A DNA stretch of 18,233 nucleotides from Paraspadella gotoi (taxonomy: Eukaryota > Animalia > Chaetognatha): positions 1-18,233 of the forward strand of contig JBJCIZ010000341.1 of NCBI GenBank assembly GCA_051294375.1, read 5' to 3'. The notes beneath the pieces were generated by a model. The model saw nothing but the letters and a program-made list of their open reading frames with translations. It had not been told where the DNA came from and ran no database searches. The translations under genes were made by a program, and so were the position numbers. Of this stretch, positions 11,191 to 18,233 are shown piece after piece (within the stretch, counting starts at the first letter, position 1; every line of letters begins with the position of its first letter).

Positions 11191-11235
11191 AACGCTGATG
11201 AAGACTCGAAAATAAAGAGTCAAAACATGTCTGTA
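11191..11235 (+). ncRNA. Minimal hammerhead ribozyme, second copy, with core substitution (GAAA->AAAA)
   Basis: AACG-CUGAUGA-A-GACUC-GAAAAUAAA-GAGUC-AAAA-CAUGUC-UGUA; the A at 11222 replaces the conserved G. Confidence 0.7.
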
Positions 11236-14016
11236 TATCATTAAATAAAATCGTTGATGAAAATATTTTTCAAACTTTGTTTAAATCTCTACACTCAACG
11301 AAGCTGAAAGGATTAATACAATGGTTAAAAATTATTGTATATTAAAAAAAATTATTTTATTTAATAACAAAATATTTGTATATAGAGTTAAACCAAACTA
11401 TTACTCTTATCCGTACAAAATTTATATGCAGATATTATTTTTAAATTATTTTTTTAATAAAATTATATTATATATTATAAAGTAAACATATTTTTTTATA
11501 GTAATATCCGAATATTATTTAAATAATTTTATCTTGTAACAATTACATTTTTTGATTAAAAATTAAAATTAATTACTTTGGATCATAGAATTTTTTGGGG
11601 TTTTCAGTTTTAAAAAGCATTATTAAATTAATTGATTAACTTAAAGCTGTGGTAAGTCGCCTCAAAGCATTTAAAGATATCAAATATTTTAATTACCATG
11701 ATTAAAATAAGTTATCTTTAAAAAAATAGTAAATTATAATTTATAATATTTTTAAAAAAATTTAAATATTTTAGCTCTTCAACACCCTTGGCTTAAGCTA
11801 AAAACTAATATTTTTTAATGAATGTTTTAAAAACAGTTAAATAGGATAAATTAAAATCATTATCAGAAGTAATTAACTTGATTAAAGATTATTATATTAA
11901 AAAAAATTAAATGGGAAAAGCTAAAAAATACTAAAAAATGGTGAATTTCCATATTTTGACTCTTCAACACCCCTGGCTCGGGCGAAAAAGTTTTTTTTTT
12001 TAATTAAAACTTTTTTAGTTAAAAAGAGCTTGGAAAAACGAACGGAATGACACCCAGACTCGTTATCTAATTAAAACTTTGTAGGATTCAAATGTGTCTA
12101 GTATACAAGTTGTAAAAATTATGTCAGTTGACCAAATTATGTAATTATGTAAGTCTGTTATGATTCGTTATGTTATGATTAGTTATAATCTGTTAAATTC
12201 ACAAATTGAGTGTCAGAAAAAATTATCGTGATTTATCATCATATTACCACTTAATTATTGCAGGCAGATCCGACATTGTTTGCTCAAACTTGCTATTTGG
12301 AGAAAGAGGCTGTCCCACGAGACCCTTCTTTCGTAATTTTATATTTCTATGTCACAACGCAGGAAGTTCAAGATCAAGCTCAAGATCATAAATGAAAGGT
12401 AAAAAATAAAGATTGCCAAATAAAGTTGTTGCAAACTTGTCTGTTATACTTATGCGTGATCAAAATGATGCATAAATCGTTTAGCAAGTCTTTTGTTAAA
12501 ATTTTATATATAATTATAATATATATGTTATATATTGATAAAATAACAATGAAATGTTAATTTTTTAAAAATAATATTGCAGTTCAACCGCTTCACATCT
12601 TGATTTGTTGCTACACATCAAATCTATCAACCAACAGTCCACAACGCTCGGTATACAGCGAATCAACAGCATTTGACCCTCGGTCTGAACAAATGTGTTG
12701 CAAAATATTAAGGTAATGAATACTTTAAATCAATGATTATTTTTATTGCATCAAATGAAACTTTTTTAATTGTACTATATTTATTTTTTTACAATATTTA
12801 GGCGAATCCGAATGCGCTGAACTAAAACAAAAGTTTACTCAAGAACAACTCTTAATCATTGTTTCTCTAATATCAATATCTTTTCTGATTACACTTTTGT
12901 AAATGTGGCTCAAGGCTATTTGTTTTAATTAAATTTTAAATAAAACCAAGAACAATTGAACATTCACACATTTTAAGTTAGTTAATTTACGAAAAGTACA
13001 TGATTGTTAGTGACTGTGCTTGATCTTGGCCAGAGCAGATGACCCAAGCTATAAATACACTTTGCGGTATAGCAATATTCTTCAATTAAACCCACCGGAA
13101 AAGAAAATTTCTATATGGAAATTAATACATACTTGTTAATTGATGTTTCGTATTAGAGGTTGTTTTAAACAAAATATTTTGCTGAAGTGAATCATTTACA
13201 GTTCAAATAAAATCGTCGAGATCCGGATCGACTTCTTTTTTGGTTGAGCACAACAAATTCAAACAGGAATCTTATCAATGTATCTAGCCGCTATAAGAGA
13301 AATTAAAGTAGCTAATAGCTAAGTAATTCACATTTCAAAAACGTGTGCAAATATAAATATTAAACTAACTTTCGCCATATCTAGTAAATATTTGAAATTC
13401 AATCATCAGTGCATTGTCTCTGTTCATTCCGAAATAATTACGGAAATTATAAATTTTCCAATGGCAATAGTTATAAAAGTAATAATTCATATCATACAAA
13501 TCTGCAACCATATACTCAAAATTTAATCACGGTGAAACCATTCCTAGGCGCACTTTTTTACTTAAATTTAGTCTCTTCTTTGTTATAATTTTTTTCCAAA
13601 CTGTTTTTATTTCAATATTTTTTTGTTTATTTATGCATTATTTGTATAAAAAATAAATTATTTCCCTTCTATTTCGTTTAAATGGGTGTTATTACTCTTT
13701 CGTCCGAGGCTTCGTCGTTAAAATTAATTCTTATGAGGCCCGGATCACGCATACGAAGCTTAGGCTAAATTCGGCGTTCTAATGATTTGAACTACGTAGT
13801 ACTTTCTTTGTAGAACCAAAACGGAATCGCTTTAAATAGCGCGAGTTGATCTGCCGAGACCGCGTTTTTCGCGGTCTTTTTTTGCCGATTACTTTTGAAC
13901 GCGTCGTCCGATTTACATGAAATTTTGGATTTCGGCTAATTTCGCAATTCTCTTTCCAACGATACCAAATTTATATAGTAAATACGTCTAGTTTCGAAAC
14001 GACTGACATCCCCAAT

Positions 14017-14052
<36 letters not shown>
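14017..14052 (+). repeat. (GA)n microsatellite
   Basis: Near-perfect GA run directly after the right TIR, overlapping the TSD. Confidence 0.95.
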
Positions 14053-14177
14053 TGCAGAGATCAACAATTGGCATTATCAAGTTGAAACATGAATGTTTAC
14101 TAATGAAACCATCGTTGTCGAACAAAAAAAATCTTATTTTTCTCATATAATTCCTAAACGCCACAAAAAGAAAGAAT

Positions 14178-14221
14178 AAATAGTTAATAAATAGTTAATA
14201 AATAGTTAATAAATAGTTAAT
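14178..14221 (+). repeat. Perfect tandem repeat, 4 x AAATAGTTAAT
   Basis: Four exact 11-bp units. Confidence 0.95.
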
Positions 14222-14499
14222 TCTTGAAATTTCATCTAAATTTAAAACTTTTAATATATTATTTCCATTTAGTTGAGTTTAGTTTTTTTTTCAATTTTGC
14301 CAATTTTCTATTAAACTGAATTTTGTGATTTTTAAAAGGCATTGGTGAGTTGTTCTATCAATCTTATCACGAGCTATTGGCGGTTTAAATTGCCTGGGAA
14401 TTATCATTTTACAATTTTTAAATATAATAAAGATACATGTCTATATTTTATATATTTATAACTATACAATCACGGAATTCGATTGACAGTACTATGCCC

Positions 14500-14717
14500 A
14501 GCCTAGTGGCTTAGGGATGGGTAAGTCGACATCAAGTCCTCTGGCAGATTTTTATATAGAGGACTATGAGGTGGAAGCTTTGGCCTCCTTTTGATAAGAG
14601 CTTCAAAGTGAGCTAGGCCCCCTTATAGTTTGAAGCAAATGAAGGCGTCTTGACGATGTGGTCGAGTCATTGACGCGTCAATGCGTGAGAGCGTTCATGT
14701 TGTTGGAGGCCTGTGTG
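14500..14717 (-). mobile_element. Probable distal 3' (pseudo-LTR) part of the Penelope-like element
   Basis: GC-richer segment that becomes contiguous with 15748-16416 once the MITE is removed; contains a decayed hammerhead-like motif at 14573-14610 (minus strand). Confidence 0.4.
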
Positions 14718-15740
14718 TAGAGCGTTTGAAAAAACAAAATATAACAAATCAAGTGACAGGTACATAAGCTATTTTAAGTGTAAATGCTAGTCTGTAGAAT
14801 TCGATGGGTGGATGACACATTTTTCTTGATATAATTTTATCTTTCTTAGTCGCGAAGTTACGCGTTTTTAATGTATAATAAATTGTATAACAATAGCAAA
14901 ACCATTATAACTTATGCTACAATCAAATTATTAAAATTTATAAGAATTTAATGAGCTTTTTAAAATATAAAATAAAGACTTATAAAAATATTGTCTGGTC
15001 AGTTTATTTTCTAATTGTTTTTTTTATAAAAAGTTAGCTATATCTATTACTAGTAAAAATTAGGTTTATGTTAAAAAATAATAATATTTCAAAAATTTTT
15101 TAATGATTGCTTCTTTGCAAAAAGTTGATGTAAGAAAATATAAATTTTATATCATAAATTATGCCTAGTTAAGTTTGGTCAAAAAATTTCAGAAAAACTA
15201 TGAAGTTTTTAACAAGGCAAAAGAATGAAAAATTCACAATTAAATGAGTTTTTAATACTTTTAACCTACTTATGAAATAATTTTTTAAAATGGATTATAC
15301 TTTCTTATATCAACTTCTTTGTAAGGAATGTCAAATCGCGTTTAAAATTTAAAATTTAATTTCTCAGCTTTAGCTTATTTTTATTAGTTATTTATTATAA
15401 ATACTAGCTAACAAAGCTGGTTAAAGTAAACAAAATAGAATATTTGTAAATAATACTTATAGTTTATAGTGGGTCTTTTTTTTTCAACTATTATGTAAGT
15501 TAAATATGGCTTTCTAAACAATCGTTACATAATTTGAGTTTTCCTTATCACTCTAACAATGTTTGCTCCATTTTAATAGACCTTATATGCTGCAAAAATC
15601 GCCATTTCGACAAAAGAAGATGAAGACCTATCAATACAAAAATGGATTATCATCATCGAATTCTTACACGACTTTATTCCACTAAAATAGCTAATGTACT
15701 CAACTTGATTTGTATATTTCGCTTATTTTCAACGCCCTTA
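14718..15740. mobile_element. ~1.02-kb palindromic MITE/foldback, copy A
   Basis: TAGAGCGTTTGAAA... / ...TTTTCAACGCCCTTA; TSD CTGTGTG(T) (14711-14717, 15741-15748). Arms are inverted almost to the centre (e.g. AAAGTTGATGTAAGAAA at 15121 vs TTTCTTATATCAACTT at 15301). Colinear with copy B. Confidence 0.88.
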
Positions 15741-15747
15741 CTGTGTG

Positions 15748-16416
15748 TTAGACTGGAAGGTTCGTGTGGGGAAGAGTCAAAGGCATACGCTCATGTCTCT
15801 CTGAGCCTGGTAGCCTGTCGACTGCACCTCTGTCTGGCCTTGCTGGCGAAGATGCGTGGTTGTCCGTTCTTGCCGCTTTAGCGACATGAGTTGTCGACTT
15901 CCTCCCTTCCTCATGCTGGCGCCTTCGTTGGGTGGACTCCTCACTCCACAGAAGAGAGAATGAGTTGTGCTGGCAGTTGAAGGAGAGGCATCGTTTGCTC
16001 ATCTGCCTTTCGCAACAGGTCTCCGCCTGTTTCGTTGAGTGCTACGAGCGGGAGTCATTGGGCGGACGTCGGTGGCGAGAGCGGGCCTCAACGCTGTTGT
16101 GATCAAGCGTATCGTACGTTGGAGGGGATCGAATAGTCCCTCCATCACGTTCAAAGAAGAGTTGAGGGCTTTGGATGTAATCGCCTCTCTTAATACCTCT
16201 TGAGAACCAGTTGGGTGCATGGCACAGCACAGAGAGTCTGACTCTCTGAATAGATGGCCAGTATTTGCTGTATGTTGTGCCACAGCGGATACGTAATCGC
16301 CTCCTTTGCGTCGCCGAATAAGGTTTCGTGTGCTGTTTGGAAATCGTCCAGTGCAGAGACTTGCCTGTCTCGCCCTACGTATGCGCTGCACAGGCTTGGT
16401 TCCACGCCCTGCACAG
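15748..16416 (-). pseudogene. Penelope-like element: frameshifted GIY-YIG endonuclease C-terminal part and 3' region
   Basis: Overlapping minus-strand ORFs give LCSAYVG, SAVAQHTANTGHLF, REAI, SSLN / RDGG..PPTYDTL. These match the Penelope/Poseidon endonuclease pattern YIG...SAxAxH..TGH...EAI...LNRDxG. Confidence 0.85.
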
Positions 16417-17440
16417 TAGAGCGTTTTCAAATATAACAAAAATATAAGATATAATTCGTATCATAATTATTTTACTGTAATAAGTCTGAAGAATTCGATG
16501 GTGATGACCATTTTTTTGTATTTAATTTCATCTTTCTTTGTCGCGAAATGACGATTTTTAATGTATATAAAATGTTAATAAAATATGGCAAATATTATAA
16601 GGTATGATAATCAAATTATAATTTTTTTTAAAAATTACATGAGCTTTTTTAAAAATATAAAAATAAAGACCTATAAAAAATATTTTGAATAAATTAATTT
16701 CTCAATTTTATGTTTATTAAAAGTTAAGTTAGCTATTTATTTATTAATAATATAAATAAAAAAATTAGGCCAAAGTTAAAAAATAAATAATTTAAAATTT
16801 TTTTATCCCAGAATCGCATTCCTTGCCAAAAAAGTTGCATATTAAGAAATAATACATTTTTATTAAAAAAATTCATGCAATTAAGCTTATTGTTCAAAAT
16901 TTTTTTAAAAAATATAATTTTTTAAACCAAAAAATGGTTAAATTAAACAAAAATTCATAGTTTTTCAACATTTTTTAACCAAATTAATGGAAAGAATTTG
17001 TTAAAATAGATTTACTTTCTTATATCAACTTTTTGCCAAGCGAATTCAAATCTGCGTTTTAAAATTTTCAAATATTTATTTTCACTTTACCTATTTTTAA
17101 CTACTAATTATTAATAAATATAGCTAACAAGCTGTAAAATAAAATATTAAAATTTATAAATAAGCTATACTGAAATATTTTCATGCGCGTCTTTATTTTG
17201 ATATTATATAAGCTAACATATGCAATTTTATAAATTTTAATAATTTTAGTTTTTCATACTCTACAATGGTTGCGCCATTTTAATAGCACCTTATATGCTT
17301 CAAAAAATCGCCATTGGCGACAAGGAAGATGAAATATTACCAAAAAATGCGTATCATCATCAAATCTCAGAACCTTTTATTACATTAAACAATAATGAAT
17401 GAAATTAAATATCTTATATTTTGTTATCTTTGACGCTCTA
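16417..17440. mobile_element. ~1.02-kb palindromic MITE/foldback, copy B
   Basis: TAGAGCGTTTTCAAATATAACAAAAATATAAGAT... / ...ATCTTATATTTTGTTATCTTTGACGCTCTA; exact 8-bp TSD CTGCACAG (16409-16416, 17441-17448). Confidence 0.93.
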
Positions 17441-17448
17441 CTGCACAG

Positions 17449-18233
17449 GCCAGCCCAATAGACACGCTCCTTTGATGTTTTGGGTCTGGCCGATTTATCT
17501 TTAGGCTTTCACCAAAATTGCCTCACGTAGAGAACGCGGGTCGTCACTGAGGTGGAGATCCCCTGCTTAGCACCCGCCACCAATGACTCAGTGATCCCCT
17601 GGTTGTAGGCGGAGGCCGACAAGATGACCCACGTTCTTTAGGGCGCTCATGCTTTATCTTCCAGTTGCGCTGTGGCTGGGCGCGGTAGGCTCTTCAGCAG
17701 CAAAACCCTTATCTTCCTCCTGGCGGATGTAGCGTAGAATCTGCGTTAAGCCACTGCCCTCAACCAGATACGGGCCGGTACCTGGCCTCTCATAAGTCCA
17801 TTATGGGTAACCATTTGATCGCCACAGGACTCTTTAGCACGTGCTCAAGCTCGGCCGGCCTGAAGCGTCAGCGGGCTCGCACGGAATCATCAGCAGCCCT
17901 TCTGGGCTAAGGGCATCTAGACCGTGGCTAGTTTGTGAGAATAAGGGGCATGAGAGTCGAAGGAATGTATGGTCTGTGTGCGTCGCGTTTGCGATATACT
18001 GAGATTCCAATGAACCGCCCTCTTAGCGCTTTATAAGCACATCGAGCATATGGAAATCGACCCATTCACCTCCTTCTCACATGTCCACTTAATGCTCACA
18101 TGGCATGCCTGTTCAGAGTGCGTTTAGTAAGTCCTCAATTGAGGTCTTTGCGCACGGGGGCGGGCTTAAAGAATTTGGGGGGATATCGTCTGCTTCCGAT
18201 ACAGAGAGGATTTGGTTCTGCCCCATGCCAACG
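17449..18233 (-). pseudogene. Penelope-like element: frameshifted reverse transcriptase C-terminal/thumb region and linker (continues beyond the window)
   Basis: Manual minus-strand translation across frameshifts gives ADDI (~18182-18193), SIKWTCEKEVNGSI / MLDVLIKR (~18025-18096), SVYRK..THTD (~17972-18002), DSHAPYSHKL, ELEHV, SNGYP (17804-17818), YNQGITE, PKDK (~17494-17505) and VYW (~17455-17463). This is the conserved motif order of PLE RTs. Confidence 0.9.

Larger units (their letters stand above)
10815..11325. mobile_element. Truncated Penelope-like element remnant: inverted pair of pseudo-LTR ends around a (GA)n-bounded spacer
   Basis: Arms ~10815-10975 and ~11170-11325 are inverted homologues, each carrying a hammerhead motif. 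The spacer is purine-rich with (GA)n at ~10992-11020 and ~11121-11133. Confidence 0.65.
9464..12100. mobile_element. Non-autonomous foldback DNA transposon, ~620-bp TIRs (~9464-10090 / ~11500-12100), TAG...CTA termini, 8-bp TSD (hAT-like)
   Basis: TAGAAACATTTGAATCC... / ...GGATTCAAATGTGTCTA; exact TSD GTATACAA (9456-9463, 12101-12108). Long high-identity block AGTCTGGGTGTCATTCTGTTCGTTTTTCCAAGCTCTTTTTAACT vs ~12017-12060. Each arm has a duplicated AGCCAGGGGT(G/A)TTAAA subrepeat. TGTTATGA-rich sequence continues on both flanks. Confidence 0.92.
2125..14014. mobile_element. ~11.9-kb TIR DNA transposon (hAT-like termini), heavily invaded by nested elements; no intact transposase seen
   Basis: Perfect 20-bp TIR TGGGGATGTCAGTCGTTTCG (2125-2144) / CGAAACGACTGACATCCCCA (13995-14014), flanked by direct repeat ATGAGAG (2118-2124 and 14015-14021). 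The terminus resembles the hAT Ac-type TAGGGATG. Confidence 0.8.
20..14430. mobile_element. Old, degenerate palindromic (inverted-repeat) element with central (GA)n, split by later insertions; arms ~20-270 and ~14060-14430
   Basis: Removing 272-2111 and 2125-14014 restores GATGGTTTTATAAGTAAACATACATG-(GA)n, whose first part matches the reverse complement of CATGAATGTTTACTAATGAAACCATC (~14088-14113). Weaker matches: 181-240 vs ~14125-14270 and 20-80 vs ~14375-14430. Outer ends are not defined. Confidence 0.5.

Noticed and set aside
10839-11241. Overlapping 92-aa and 117-aa ORFs (including LRKDSG, faintly like the PLE LNRDxG motif)
   Set aside because: They span the inverted hammerhead arms and (GA)n tracts; the similarity is too short to support coding.
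13857-13883. AGACCGCG-TTTTT-CGCGGTCT hairpin followed by a T-run, like a bacterial intrinsic terminator
   Set aside because: Eukaryotic TE context with no upstream gene; more likely a subterminal palindrome of the 11.9-kb element.
14718-17440. Two 1-kb direct repeats read as LTRs of one retroelement
   Set aside because: Each copy is internally palindromic and has its own TSD, and the PLE reading frame continues across copy B.

Overview
AT-rich, apparently eukaryotic (probably invertebrate) repeat-dense DNA with no intact protein-coding gene; most of the supplied ORFs are artefacts of (CT)n/(GA)n or AT-rich sequence. The window reads as a stack of nested mobile elements. An old palindromic element centred on a (GA)n tract (~20-270 / ~14015-14430) was interrupted by a ~1.8-kb foldback (272-2111) and an ~11.9-kb element with perfect 20-bp TIRs and a 7-bp TSD (2125-14014). 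The 11.9-kb element contains Helentron-associated-like (CT)n modules, a small TAACCC-core MITE, two tRNA-derived SINE-like sequences, a solo LTR (5-bp TSD) and a 2.6-kb foldback (8-bp TSD). That foldback carries an inverted pair of Penelope-type minimal hammerhead ribozymes. The right end (~14500-18233) is a frameshifted minus-strand Penelope-like retroelement (RT C-terminus + GIY-YIG endonuclease) interrupted by two copies of a ~1.02-kb palindromic MITE. Frequent indels between repeat arms, next to perfect TSDs, suggest that part of the divergence is long-read sequencing error. All alignments were done by eye; boundaries without a TSD are approximate.
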